Source: Halorutilales archaeon Cl-col2-1 (GTDB lineage Archaea > Halobacteriota > Halobacteria > Halobacteriales > Afararchaeaceae). From it: DNA of 64,000 nucleotides. Of the stretch, positions 10,075 through 20,068 are shown piece after piece (the stretch's first letter is position 1; every line of letters begins with the position of its first letter). The notes under the pieces were generated by a model that did not search any database, was not told the origin of the DNA, and was given only the letters and a program-made list of their open reading frames with translations. The stretch is from positions 1,728,001-1,792,000 of the forward strand of contig CP169074.1 in NCBI GenBank assembly GCA_041891055.1, in the 5' to 3' direction. The position numbers and the translations under genes are program-made.

Positions 10075-11259
10075 ATGTCAGCCAGTAAGACAGTAAAAGA
10101 CGCCGTTCATGACCACATACAGGTTGAGGGAGTCGCGCTCGACCTCCTCGACACCCCGGAGATGCAGCGTCTCCGACACATACGTCAGTTGGGAACTGCG
10201 TACCTCGTCTACCCGAGCGCGAACCACACGCGTTTCGAACACTCTCTGGGTGTCTACAATCTCGCTAAGAAGGCGATGAAAAGCTTAGGAGTCGACGGCA
10301 GAGACGCCGAGGCGATAAGCGCGGCTTCACTCCTCCACGACGTCGGACACACCCCCTTCTCACACACCGTAGAGGACGTCGTCGAGGAGTACACGGGGAA
10401 GAGACATGACGAGGTCGACTCAATACTCGAAGGAAACGTGTCGCGTGTCCTCGATGACTACGGTATTGACACTCGACGAGTCGCGAGTCTCATACGAGGT
10501 GAGGGAAGACTCGGACAGATAATCTCGGGGAAGTTAGACGTCGACAGGATGGACTATCTCGTGAGAGATGCCCACCACACCGGGGTTCCGTACGGCACCA
10601 TAGACTCGACACGTCTTATACTCGAACTCGAACTCCATGACGGCGAACTCGTCTTGGGTGAGGGGAACGTCCAGACCGCTGAGGCACTCCTCATAGCGCG
10701 GTCTCTGATGCATCCGACGGTCTACAACCACCACGTCGCACGTATCTCACAGGCGATGCTCAGACGTGCGACACGACGTCTGGTGGAGACTACGGATGTC
10801 GACGCCCACGACGTAAGACGGATGGATGACCACGAACTCGTCGTCGAACTCCGACGTAGCCGGGGGACGCGTGACCTAGGGAGACGCGTGACACGCAGAC
10901 GTCTCTACAAACGTGCCGTCTGGGAGCCTTACGACGAACTTCCCTTCGACTTTGACTCTGACACCGACGCTGAGACCTCGGCTTCTTCGGAGAATGTCTC
11001 TGAGATCGAGGAAGAAGTAGCCGAGAAAGCCGACATCGATCCCGACGAGGTAATACTCGATGTCTCGCCGCCCCCTGAGATAGACGAGACGTCAGCGTGT
11101 GTCTTAGTCGACGGTGAGAAGACGAGTATAGAAGATGCCTCACCTCTCGTGGGGGATCTCCATTCGTCGTTCGGAGACCAGTGGAGGTACGGCGTTTACT
11201 GTCCTGGCGAAGATGTCGGAGATGTAGCCTCGGCGTTCGAGTCGCTTTACTCTGCTTAG
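10075..11259 (+). CDS. HD-domain phosphohydrolase (dNTP triphosphohydrolase/SAMHD1-like, conserved archaeal family)
   Basis: Motifs QRLRHIRQLG, HTRFEHSLG, LLHDVGHTPFSH and DVDRMDYLVRD. Confidence 0.88.
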   Translation: MSASKTVKDAVHDHIQVEGVALDLLDTPEMQRLRHIRQLGTAYLVYPSANHTRFEHSLGVYNLAKKAMKSLGVDGRDAEAISAASLLHDVGHTPFSHTVEDVVEEYTGKRHDEVDSILEGNVSRVLDDYGIDTRRVASLIRGEGRLGQIISGKLDVDRMDYLVRDAHHTGVPYGTIDSTRLILELELHDGELVLGEGNVQTAEALLIARSLMHPTVYNHHVARISQAMLRRATRRLVETTDVDAHDVRRMDDHELVVELRRSRGTRDLGRRVTRRRLYKRAVWEPYDELPFDFDSDTDAETSASSENVSEIEEEVAEKADIDPDEVILDVSPPPEIDETSACVLVDGEKTSIEDASPLVGDLHSSFGDQWRYGVYCPGEDVGDVASAFESLYSA

Positions 11260-11264
11260 TTGAC

Positions 11265-11480
11265 TCAGAACAGATACTCGTCCTCTCCGCCCATTGTGTC
11301 CTCGTAATCCCCCAACTCGTCCTCTCCGGCTCCTGAACCTCCTGTCGTCTTGAGCGTCCGGAGACCTATCGCTATGAGGTCTTCGACTGCCTCCTGTCGG
11401 TCTATGTACTCTCCTTCGTCTATAAGCTGTGTAATCTGCATCTCCTGGTGTTCGGGTATGTCGATCTCGATCTTACTCAT
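11265..11480 (-). CDS. Small ribbon-helix-helix-like protein (conserved haloarchaeal family)
   Basis: MSKIEIDIPEHQEMQITQLIDEGEYIDRQEAVEDL has a beta-strand/helix/helix RHH pattern and an acidic tail ending DEYLF. Confidence 0.75.
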   Translation of the reverse strand: MSKIEIDIPEHQEMQITQLIDEGEYIDRQEAVEDLIAIGLRTLKTTGGSGAGEDELGDYEDTMGGEDEYLF

Positions 11481-11563
11481 CAACTGATTGTGTTCCACCC
11501 ACTCGTATTAAGCTTGCGGGGGAAACCCGTTACCCGTTTCTTGGACGAGTGTGTAACCAGTCC

Positions 11564-12409
11564 ATGGCTACGGATACTAGACTACTCCTTTCCCACGAGT
11601 CTGACTCCAACTCCCGCGTCTCACGCCATCTTTCGGAGTACGGTATCGACTGCGTGGTATTCGACCCGACCGGGCACGTCTACTCACTCGATTCCGACGG
11701 TGTTCCGGACTCAGACGTCGGACTCGTCTATCCCAGCAGACTCATAGAAGGCGGAGTCGTAACTCCACTCGGTGAGATAGACTGGGTCAATGGGTTAGAG
11801 GAAGTCGCAGCTGCGAGAAACAAAGCCGAGACGGTCGCGCATCTGAGACGTGACGGCTTACCAGTCCCCGAGACCTACTTCGTCTCGAACCCAGTCGGTG
11901 ACGACGACGTCGTGGCGGCTTTCGAGGAGATAGACGGAAAGGCGGTCGTCAAGCCCAACTCGTCGACTCGCGGAAACGGTGTCACTGTCGTCGAAGACCC
12001 TGACTCGCTCTTAGGCGTTACCGACTACCTCGACGTCATACACGAGTCGCCGCTCGTCTACGACAGGACATTCCTCGTACAGGAGTACATCGAGGACGCG
12101 CGCGACTACCGGGTCATGGTAGTAGACGGAGAGTACGTCGGCGCGGTCGAGAGACGTTCGGAGGGTTGGAAACACAATGTCCACAGGGGAGCCGAAGCAG
12201 TCTCTGTCACTCCCGACGACGAGGTCGTACAGCTCGCCGAGGAAGCCGCCGAGTCGCTCGGCATACGTTTCTGCGGGGTCGATCTCCTCCGGAACGAGGG
12301 CCGGACGGTCGTCAACGAGGTCAACGCGCGTCCGACAGTCGACACGCGCGACAAGTACGAGGACGCGTTCTATCCGCGTCTCGCGCGCCTCATCGAGAGC
12401 ACCGCCTAA
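11564..12409 (+). CDS. RimK-family ATP-grasp ligase
   Basis: Motifs LPVPET, VVKPNS..RGNGV, LVQEYI..ARDYRV and GVDLL..NEVNARP. Confidence 0.85.
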   Translation: MATDTRLLLSHESDSNSRVSRHLSEYGIDCVVFDPTGHVYSLDSDGVPDSDVGLVYPSRLIEGGVVTPLGEIDWVNGLEEVAAARNKAETVAHLRRDGLPVPETYFVSNPVGDDDVVAAFEEIDGKAVVKPNSSTRGNGVTVVEDPDSLLGVTDYLDVIHESPLVYDRTFLVQEYIEDARDYRVMVVDGEYVGAVERRSEGWKHNVHRGAEAVSVTPDDEVVQLAEEAAESLGIRFCGVDLLRNEGRTVVNEVNARPTVDTRDKYEDAFYPRLARLIESTA

Positions 12410-12501
12410 TACAAAAAATCCCTCAGAATTCCGCTTAAACTTTATAAAACTTTCTCGCGGCGTCTTTAATCCAGGTGTACTGTTTGAGTCTGTTCAAGGA
12501 G

Positions 12502-12540
12502 TTCGAACGTTAATGGGTATTTAACATCTCCACGTTCGAA
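12502..12540. promoter_or_regulatory. 9-bp inverted repeat flanking a TATA box upstream of the HTH-like gene
   Basis: TTCGAACGT (12502-12510), N21 containing TATTTAA, then ACGTTCGAA (12532-12540). Confidence 0.45.
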
Positions 12541-12563
12541 GGTAGAGATACGAGGTAACAGAA

Positions 12564-12875
12564 ATGTCCGCAGCTAAGACCGTCTCCGAAACTGAAGCCC
12601 GAACCGACGCCGAAACATCCGCTGAGGAGTTCAACGAGAAGCAGTCGAAGCTAGCGTCGTACCTTGAGGAGAGGGTCGCAGACGGAAAGATATTCTTTAA
12701 GAGCAAGTTCATGACCGACGACCTCGGCATGTCGACGAAGGAAATCGGTTCTAACATGCTCCGTCTAGCCGAGGAGTACGATGGTCTCTCGATACAGAAA
12801 TGGAGCTACTCGGGCGCGACGACGTGGAGGGTCGAGAAAGAGAAAGGCTCCCAGGCACCGAAGCAGACGGCTTGA
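12564..12875 (+). CDS. Conserved haloarchaeal small winged-helix-like protein
   Basis: FFKSKFMTDDLGMSTKEIG...IQKWSYSGATTWRV resembles a widespread haloarchaeal small HTH family. Confidence 0.75.
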   Translation: MSAAKTVSETEARTDAETSAEEFNEKQSKLASYLEERVADGKIFFKSKFMTDDLGMSTKEIGSNMLRLAEEYDGLSIQKWSYSGATTWRVEKEKGSQAPKQTA

Positions 12876-12929
12876 TTCGACCAGGCTCAGGTTTAGGCTT
12901 ATAAGCCTACGTTATCTACTCTATTTCGA

Positions 12930-14054
12930 ATGGACAGCCCGACACAGACACATACACCGTCACGTATCCCGGTGTCTACATCGGATGAAGACGTCGGCGA
13001 CCGTGACGCCCTCCTCGGACGTGTGCGACGTGTCTTCGACGTCTACGAGGTGCGTGAACTCGAAAACGGCTACAAGTTCTACGGCGAGCCACTCGTAGAC
13101 ACAGAGGCTCTCTACAAGACCCTCTACTCCGACTTCGACGACCTCGGTTACAGCCTCGAACTCGACACTGAGTACGGCGAGAACGTCGTTGTAGCCGAGG
13201 AGCCCGAGGAGTCGTTCCCGTGGATCAACCTCGTCCTAGCCGTCGCGACATTTGTCACGACTCTAGTCGCGGGTAGCATCTGGTACTCCGCGAATCCGAT
13301 CCAGAACCCCGCGTCTGTCTTCCGTGGAGTTCCGTTTGCCCTGAGCGTGATGTTTGTACTCGGCTCCCACGAGTTCGGACATTACTTGATGTCGAGGTAC
13401 CACGGTGTCGACGCGACTCTGCCCTACTTCATCCCCTTCCCATCTATAATAGGAACTATGGGTGCGGTGATACGTGTCAAGGGAGTCATTCCCGACCGTA
13501 AGGCACTCTTCGACATAGGCGTAGCGGGTCCCTTACTCGGTCTCGTCGCCACACTCGGCGTGACAGCGGTTGGTCTGACACTCCATCCTGTTCCCACGAC
13601 AGTCCCCGTACAGCTACATTACCCGCCACTCTACGACCTCATAAAGTCGTTCGTACCGACATCGCCCGCTCTTGACCAGCCCGGAGTCATACCCAACCCC
13701 GTCGTGATAGGCGGCTGGGTGGGTATGTTCGTGACCTTCCTCAACCTTATACCCGCGGGACAGCTAGACGGCGGACATATAGTAAAGTCGGTTCTCGGGG
13801 ACGCGTCACGTTTCGTCTCACGTGCCGTCCCCGTCGTCCTCTTCGGACTCGGGGCGTATGTCGAGTACGTCAGAGGTCTTCCAGGGACTGTCTGGTTCGT
13901 CTGGGGTATCTTTTCTCTCCTCGTCACAGTCGCTGGAGGTGCGCGTCTCATAGATGACTCGGGTAGAGTGGGATGGAAACGGTCGGCTCTCGCGGTCGTC
14001 GTCTTCGGCTTGGGTATTCTGTCGTTCACGCCGGTTCCGGTCACGATGCCTTAA
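12930..14054 (+). CDS. Site-2 protease (peptidase M50)
   Basis: HEFGH zinc motif and NLIPAGQLDGGH, multi-TM. Confidence 0.9.
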   Translation: MDSPTQTHTPSRIPVSTSDEDVGDRDALLGRVRRVFDVYEVRELENGYKFYGEPLVDTEALYKTLYSDFDDLGYSLELDTEYGENVVVAEEPEESFPWINLVLAVATFVTTLVAGSIWYSANPIQNPASVFRGVPFALSVMFVLGSHEFGHYLMSRYHGVDATLPYFIPFPSIIGTMGAVIRVKGVIPDRKALFDIGVAGPLLGLVATLGVTAVGLTLHPVPTTVPVQLHYPPLYDLIKSFVPTSPALDQPGVIPNPVVIGGWVGMFVTFLNLIPAGQLDGGHIVKSVLGDASRFVSRAVPVVLFGLGAYVEYVRGLPGTVWFVWGIFSLLVTVAGGARLIDDSGRVGWKRSALAVVVFGLGILSFTPVPVTMP

Positions 14055-14121
14055 GACGGTCATCTTAGAACATGGTTTTTGACAACATTTATCTGTGGCT
14101 CAAGCCCTCTTTTCGACTGAC

Positions 14122-15672
14122 ATGAGTATCGACGACAAGATAGACGAACTCCGCGAGAGGAGAGAAGAGTCGAGGCTCGGAGGAGGCGAGGAGAGGATCG
14201 AGAAGCAGCACGACAAGGGCAAGATGACAGCCCACGAGAGGATAGAGTACTTCCTTGACGAGGACTCTTTCGTCGAGATAGACCCGTTTGTCGAACACGA
14301 CTGTACCAACTTCGAGATGGAGGACAAGAAGTTCCCCGGAGACGCCGTCGTGGTCGGATACGGCGAGGTCGACGGCAGGAAGGTCTTCGTCTTTGCCCAC
14401 GACTTCACCGTCTTAGGCGGGTCGGTGAGCAAGGTCGTCGCCGACAAGATAAACAAGATAATGGATAAGGCGATAGAGAACGGCGTCCCCGTCATAGGTC
14501 TCAACGACTCTGCGGGTGCGAGGATACAGGAGGGAATCACCTCGCTCGTCGGCTTCGCACAGCTCTTCCGTCGTAACACGAAGGCGAGCGGAGTCGTGCC
14601 CCAGATCTCGGCGATAATGGGACCGTGTGCGGGAGGCTCCGTCTACTCACCCGCCCTCACCGACTTCATATTCATGACGAAGGAGACGTCCCATATGTTC
14701 ATCACGGGACCCGACGTCATAGAGACAGTCACGGGAGAACAGGTCACATTTGAGGAGCTCGGTGGGGCGAACGCTCATACATCGAAGAGCGGCGTCGCAC
14801 ATTTCGCCTACGACACCGAGGAGGAGGTTCTCGACGGAATACGTGAGCTTCTCTCCTACGTTCCTCTCAACAACATGGAGGACCCGCCCGAGGTCGAACC
14901 TGACGACGAACCCGACAGACAGGACGACTCTCTCAACAACGTCGTCCCCGACGAGCCCAAGAAACCCTACGACATGACAAACGCGATAGAGGGAGTCATG
15001 GACGAGGGATCGTTCTTCGAGGTTCACGGCTCGTACGCTCAGAACATCGTCGTCGGATTTGCGCGTCTCGACGGAAGACCCGTCGGAGTCGTCGCCAACC
15101 AGCCACGTGTCAACGCCGGAACACTCGACATAGAGGCGAGCGAGAAGGGAGCGCGTTTCGTGCGTTTCTGTGACGCCTTCAACATACCCATCGTGACATT
15201 CGTCGATGTCCCGGGATTCATGCCTGGAACCGACCAGGAGCACAACGGTATAATCAACAGGGGCGCGAAGCTGATATACGCCTACGCAGAGGCGACAGTC
15301 CCGCTCCTCACCGTGATGACGAGAAAGGCTTACGGAGGAGCCTACATCGTGATGGCTTCGAAGTACCTCGGAGCCGACGTCAACTACGCCTGGCCCACTG
15401 CCGAGGCGGCTGTGATGGGACCGAGAGGCGCGGTCAACATACTCAACTCCGACGAGCTTGAGGAGGCGGAGAACACAGAGGAGAGGAGACAGGAGCTCAT
15501 AGACGAGTACAGGGAGACCTTCGCCAACCCGTACAGGGCTGCTGAGGACGGCTACATAGACGACATCATAGAGCCCAAGAAGACACGACCGCGTCTCATA
15601 AACGACCTCGAACTCCTCGAGTCGAAGAGAAAGGAGAATCCCCCCAAGAAACACGGCAACATCCCACTTTAA
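14122..15672 (+). CDS. pccB: Acyl-CoA (propionyl-CoA) carboxylase carboxyltransferase subunit
   Basis: Motifs DSAGARIQEG, GPCAGG, DVPGFMPG, RKAYGGAY and C-terminal KKHGNIPL. Confidence 0.92.
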   Translation: MSIDDKIDELRERREESRLGGGEERIEKQHDKGKMTAHERIEYFLDEDSFVEIDPFVEHDCTNFEMEDKKFPGDAVVVGYGEVDGRKVFVFAHDFTVLGGSVSKVVADKINKIMDKAIENGVPVIGLNDSAGARIQEGITSLVGFAQLFRRNTKASGVVPQISAIMGPCAGGSVYSPALTDFIFMTKETSHMFITGPDVIETVTGEQVTFEELGGANAHTSKSGVAHFAYDTEEEVLDGIRELLSYVPLNNMEDPPEVEPDDEPDRQDDSLNNVVPDEPKKPYDMTNAIEGVMDEGSFFEVHGSYAQNIVVGFARLDGRPVGVVANQPRVNAGTLDIEASEKGARFVRFCDAFNIPIVTFVDVPGFMPGTDQEHNGIINRGAKLIYAYAEATVPLLTVMTRKAYGGAYIVMASKYLGADVNYAWPTAEAAVMGPRGAVNILNSDELEEAENTEERRQELIDEYRETFANPYRAAEDGYIDDIIEPKKTRPRLINDLELLESKRKENPPKKHGNIPL

Positions 15673-15743
15673 TATTAATAATTTCCGGTTTTTTCGGGGT
15701 GTTACATCGCAAGAGATATATGTGTAATAGACAATCGTGAAAT

Positions 15744-16532
15744 ATGATGTTAGATAATAAGGTTGCAATAGTCACGGGAGGCAGCCAAGGTCTCGGAAAG
15801 GAGATCTCTTTCCAGTTTGCCGAGGAAGGTGCCGACGTGGTTCTAGCCGCGCGTAGCGAGGACAAGATACAGGAGAATGCCGACGAGATAAACGGGAGCG
15901 ACGAGTACGAGGGGAATGCGATGGCAGTTCCGACCGACATATCCGACGAAAGCGAAGTCGAGGATCTAGTCGACGCGGCTGTCGACGAGTACGGTACTGT
16001 CGATATTCTCGTCAACAACGCCGCGATAGGCGGACCCTCGAAGTACATAGAGAACCTCGAATCCGAGAAGTGGAGACAGATTCTCGATATCAATCTGACG
16101 GGCTCCTACTACTGCACGAAACACGTCGTCCCTATACTCAAGGAGAAGGAGGACGGACGTATCATAAACATCTCCTCAACCGGAGGAAAGAAGCCTTACC
16201 CGCTTCGCTGTGCGTACGCCACGACAAAGACGGGAATAATAGGCTTCGGACGTTCGATAGCCGACGAGCTCGGTCAGTGGGGGATCAACGTCAACACCGT
16301 CTGCCCGGGTCCGATCAAGTCGCCGCGTATCGACCGCATGATAGAGAACCGCGCCGAGGAGCGTGATATCTCGTTCGAGAAGGCTAAGAAGGCATACACT
16401 AAGGGATCGATGTTCAGGAGATTCGTCACCAATGAGGAGGTCGCTAACATGGTCACCTTCCTCGCTTCCGAGAAGGGCAAGGGAGTCACGGGACAGGACA
16501 TTAACGTCTCAGTCGGAATGTACTCCGACTAA
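15744..16532 (+). CDS. SDR family NAD(P)-dependent oxidoreductase
   Basis: Motifs TGGSQGLG, NNAA and YATTK. AT-rich upstream region. Confidence 0.9.
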   Translation: MMLDNKVAIVTGGSQGLGKEISFQFAEEGADVVLAARSEDKIQENADEINGSDEYEGNAMAVPTDISDESEVEDLVDAAVDEYGTVDILVNNAAIGGPSKYIENLESEKWRQILDINLTGSYYCTKHVVPILKEKEDGRIINISSTGGKKPYPLRCAYATTKTGIIGFGRSIADELGQWGINVNTVCPGPIKSPRIDRMIENRAEERDISFEKAKKAYTKGSMFRRFVTNEEVANMVTFLASEKGKGVTGQDINVSVGMYSD

Positions 16533-16611
16533 GTCGATCTTACGTTCTCGTTCCGGTTCTTTCTTTCTCACGTACCGATACACAGAAGCCGTCTTAGACA
16601 TAGCTTAGTCT

Positions 16612-17835
16612 GTGAACACCTCTGAGGATACTGTCGGAAACGGATATGCCTACTTAGTCCTCGGTCTCGCCGTACTTGCCAACTTCAGCCAGTTCGGAGC
16701 GAGAGTAGTCGTAAGTCCTCTCGTTCCCGACATCATCGCTGACTTCGGAGTCACAAAGTCGGAGGTCGGCTTAGTCCTCACCGGAATCTGGGGGGTCTAC
16801 GCTCTACTACAGTTCCCGAGCGGAATCCTCGCCGACAGGTTCGGCGAAAAGAGGGTGATAGCCACGTCGCTCGTCCTCGTAACCGTAGGAAGCGTAGCCC
16901 TACACATCTCGTCGACTTTCGTCACGTTCGCAGTCTTCGCTCTCTTCCTCGGTGCTGGTGCGGGACTCTACTTCTCGGTGGGGACGTCCCTCCTCACGAA
17001 GATATTCGGTGCATCGGAACGCGGGCAGGCACTCGGTATACATTCGACGGGGGGACCTCTTGCGGGAGTCGTGGCTCCGCCTGTCGGAGCGTACGTTGCG
17101 GCGCGGTACGGCTGGAGGACGGCACTCCTCTTTGGAGGCGTCGTAGCCCTCCCCGTCTTAGTCGGCTTCGTCTACACCGTGCGCCCTGTGTCTAACCCCA
17201 ACTCTGACTCTGTCTCCGAGACTGAGACTCAGAGTATCGAAGCCTCGCCGAGCCTCCTCGAACGTGTCAAGAGCCTTGCGACACGTCCGAGACTCGTCTA
17301 CACGACGTTACTCGGCGTCTCTCTGTCGTTCGCGTGGCAGTCTTTCTCGTCGTTCTTCCCTACCTTCGTCGTCGAGGAGATGGGAGCCACAAAACAGACG
17401 GCTAGCCTCTACTTCGGAGCCGTCTTTCTCCTGACTGCCGTCTTCCTTCCCGTGATGGGAAGACTATCTGACTCGCTCGGACGTGACAGACTTCTCGGCT
17501 TCTCGTTCGTGAGTATGTCTACGGGTATTCTCCTATTCATCGTCGGCGAGGGTACTGTCACGGTCTATGCCGGGATTCTCGTCTTAGGCGTGGGGATGAG
17601 CTGGGGAGGCGTTTTACAGTCGCGCGCTATGGACATCATCTCTGACTCTGAGAGAGGCACGGGTTTCGGTCTCGTGCGTACAGTCTACATGCTGATCGGA
17701 GCCACCGGAAGTGCCGTCACGGGAACCGTAGCCGAGTTCGCGGGATGGGGGGTATCTTGGGGAATAGTCGTGGGTCTGCTTCTCGTCGCTCTACTTAGTC
17801 TCGGGGTCAACAGAACTCTCAGGCTGGGTCTTTAG
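16612..17835 (+). CDS. MFS transporter
   Basis: About 12 TM segments, motif A GILADRFGEKR and GRLSDSLGRDR. Confidence 0.9.
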   Translation: MNTSEDTVGNGYAYLVLGLAVLANFSQFGARVVVSPLVPDIIADFGVTKSEVGLVLTGIWGVYALLQFPSGILADRFGEKRVIATSLVLVTVGSVALHISSTFVTFAVFALFLGAGAGLYFSVGTSLLTKIFGASERGQALGIHSTGGPLAGVVAPPVGAYVAARYGWRTALLFGGVVALPVLVGFVYTVRPVSNPNSDSVSETETQSIEASPSLLERVKSLATRPRLVYTTLLGVSLSFAWQSFSSFFPTFVVEEMGATKQTASLYFGAVFLLTAVFLPVMGRLSDSLGRDRLLGFSFVSMSTGILLFIVGEGTVTVYAGILVLGVGMSWGGVLQSRAMDIISDSERGTGFGLVRTVYMLIGATGSAVTGTVAEFAGWGVSWGIVVGLLLVALLSLGVNRTLRLGL

Positions 17836-18227
17836 GATCGGTAGATGTAGACAGCCCTTCCCTCGTAGCTCACCAGCTCGAAGCCGTGGCGCGGAGTCTC
17901 GTCGGCTAGCGGAACTACGAGAAGATCCGTCTCGACTGCCTCGGCGACTTCCTTTAGCGCCGAATGTAACTCGTAAGGCGGTCTTACCGAGTAGATCACC
18001 GACGCGTCGTCGTAGACTCTCATATCGGGGTCTGTCACGTCGTCGACGGCGAAGTCGAGCCCGTCGGGAGCTTCGTTTTTGGCTTCGGTGTCGATGTCGG
18101 TGACCGTGACCTCGATACCGTCACACGAGCCGAGATACTCGGCGACTTCGGTCTGTCTTCCGACTCCGACTTCGATTACTTTCCCCGTGTACTTCGACTC
18201 TATGAACTCGGATACTCTCTCCATCAC
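17832..18227 (-). CDS. UPF0146 family protein
   Basis: Motifs VIEVGVG, DDVTDP and IYSVRPPYELH. Confidence 0.8.
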   Translation of the reverse strand: MMERVSEFIESKYTGKVIEVGVGRQTEVAEYLGSCDGIEVTVTDIDTEAKNEAPDGLDFAVDDVTDPDMRVYDDASVIYSVRPPYELHSALKEVAEAVETDLLVVPLADETPRHGFELVSYEGRAVYIYRS

Positions 18228-18301
18228 GTCTCTCTCGGTTATAGGTTTGTTAACTTATCTAAGGGCAGAACTTATTATCTCTTAGGATCTAAATCTCTTC
18301 A

Positions 18302-18823
18302 ATGCGAATCGACGTTGTTCCCGTGGGGAACGTCGAGACGGATCTCCTGGAGGAGTCGCGTGATGTTCTCGAACACATATACGGAACTGACGTTGTTCTG
18401 AGATCGTCTGTCTCGATACCGCCCGACGCGTACGACGAGAAACACGAGCAGTACCACGCCGAGGACTTCATAGACATAGCCACTTCCGCTGGTAACGGCG
18501 ACAAGAACATAGCCGTCACACCCGTCGACATATACTACCGACGCCGCAACTATGTCTTCGGTCTCGCCTACCTCGACGGAAAGGGCTGTGTCGTCTCGAC
18601 CAACCGTCTCAGGATGACAGCAGACGGCGGTGAGCTTGAGAAGCCGAAACAGACAGGTATAGTCGGGGATCGCGTTAGGACTGAGGTCGTCCACGAGATA
18701 GGACACACATTCGGTCTCCAGCACTGTGACGACGAGACGTGTGTGATGAGCTTCTCGCCCACCGTCCGCGAGGTCGACTCGAAGTTCGAGAGACCGTGTC
18801 CGACGTGTGACGCGAAGCTGTGA
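18302..18823 (+). CDS. amzA: Archaemetzincin zinc metalloprotease
   Basis: HEIGHTFGLQHC...CVMSFS...CPTC. Confidence 0.9.
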   Translation: MRIDVVPVGNVETDLLEESRDVLEHIYGTDVVLRSSVSIPPDAYDEKHEQYHAEDFIDIATSAGNGDKNIAVTPVDIYYRRRNYVFGLAYLDGKGCVVSTNRLRMTADGGELEKPKQTGIVGDRVRTEVVHEIGHTFGLQHCDDETCVMSFSPTVREVDSKFERPCPTCDAKL

Positions 18824-19254
18824 CTGTGCCTGTCAGAACGGCGCGTCCCCATGACATAGACGCCCTCATTAGTCTTGAAAATAGCTGTTTCGAGAGTCCC
18901 AATACTCGACTCCTTATACGTCTGTGTGGCTCGTCCGACGGCCTTCTCGTCTACGAGACTGACGGCGATGTCGTCGGATATATACTCGCTGTCCCCATCG
19001 GACGTCGTGACGCACGTGTACTCTCGTTCTGTGTCGACGACGAGTACAGACGTGAGGGATACGGAAGGTCGCTGATGCTCGAAGCCGTGAGACGTCTCCA
19101 CGACAAGGAGTTCGAGAGACTCAGCTTGGAGGTACGTGTCTCGAACTCGCCCGCGATCAGACTCTACGAGGATTTCGGCTTCGTGAGGACAGGAACTGAA
19201 GAAGATTATTACGAGGACGGCGAGGACGCCTACGTGATGGAGAAGTCACTGTAG
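18820..19254 (+). CDS. rimI: RimI-like GNAT N-acetyltransferase
   Basis: RREGYGRSL, LEVRVSNSPAIRLY and YYEDGEDAYVM. Confidence 0.85.
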   Translation: MTVPVRTARPHDIDALISLENSCFESPNTRLLIRLCGSSDGLLVYETDGDVVGYILAVPIGRRDARVLSFCVDDEYRREGYGRSLMLEAVRRLHDKEFERLSLEVRVSNSPAIRLYEDFGFVRTGTEEDYYEDGEDAYVMEKSL

Positions 19255-19321
19255 TGTTATAGTATATAGTAGAATTAGTTAGGTCAGAAAATCCGTTGAC
19301 TGAACTGAGCCGGATTTCGTT

Positions 19322-19594
19322 TCAGTCAGCGTTCTCCTCGGCGAGCTCCTCCATTCGCGCGCCGACACGTCCTGTCTCGGAGAATACGTCCTCTGACATG
19401 GTCTCTGCGAGCTGTTCACCCAGAACGAAGATGGCGTGTTTGTGTTCGGACTTCGACTTGTGAATATGTACGGGGCTCGTACCGAGAGAGTCGTAGTCCT
19501 CGAAGGGATTGCCCTCTACGTTCTCGTTCTCCTCGAAATACTTCCTGACTTCGACCATCAGCGAGTGTAAGTGTATGAGTTCGTCCTTATGCAT
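19322..19594 (-). CDS. UPF0058 family metal-binding protein
   Basis: MHKDELIHLH...PVHIHKSKSEHKHAIFVLG. Confidence 0.8.
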   Translation of the reverse strand: MHKDELIHLHSLMVEVRKYFEENENVEGNPFEDYDSLGTSPVHIHKSKSEHKHAIFVLGEQLAETMSEDVFSETGRVGARMEELAEENAD

Positions 19595-19686
19595 CTTAAA
19601 TCCACCTTTCTCACTTCTACAAAAGTAGTATAATTACTAAAACGTTACGCAGTGACAAATGTTGACATACGAAGAGTATATAGTCT

Positions 19687-20022
19687 TTATACGATCTGGT
19701 TTTCGTCGTCGACCTTGATGACAGTCGGATCGGGGTCTTCGTCCTCGGCGTAGACGCCGTATGAGATTATTATGACGGTGTCGCCGACCTCTCCGAGACG
19801 TGCCGCCGCGCCGTTAGTACAGATCTCGCCGTCTTCTCCCTCTATGGTGTAGGTCTCGAACCTCTCTCCGTTCGTGACGTTGACGACCTGTACCCTCTCG
19901 TACTCGGAGATTCCCGCGGCTTCGAGTAGGTCTCTGCCTACTGTGATGCTCCCCTCGTACGATAGATCGGTCTCAGTGATCGTGGCGCGGTGTATCTTCG
20001 ATTTGAACTTCTCGACCTGCAT
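19687..20022 (-). CDS. panD: Pyruvoyl-dependent aspartate 1-decarboxylase (bacterial type)
   Basis: [15 protein letters not shown]|SIT (Gly-Ser autocleavage site), NGERFETY and NGAAARL. Confidence 0.92.
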   Translation of the reverse strand: MQVEKFKSKIHRATITETDLSYEGSITVGRDLLEAAGISEYERVQVVNVTNGERFETYTIEGEDGEICTNGAAARLGEVGDTVIIISYGVYAEDEDPDPTVIKVDDENQIV

Positions 20023-20068
20023 CTGTCAGAAAGTAGTTGTTAAGGATTTATCCTCTTTGTTGTTTGCT

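Noticed and set aside
10075-11259. SAMHD1-like HD protein as an antiviral dNTPase
   Set aside because: It belongs to a conserved archaeal housekeeping-type family and has no defence-island context.
14647-15768. Long antisense ORFs (e.g. 14647..15768, 21561..22340, 40316..41254, 47649..48572, 51605..52495, 53464..54492)
   Set aside because: These are alternative-frame or antisense shadows of well-supported genes, expected in GC-rich DNA with biased codons.
17190-17240. Low-complexity S/E/T/D linkers from hexamer-like repeats (also in ppsA, menB and the HTTM gene)
   Set aside because: They look like simple slippage-derived linkers, lack hairpins and are unrelated to the 48-bp element.
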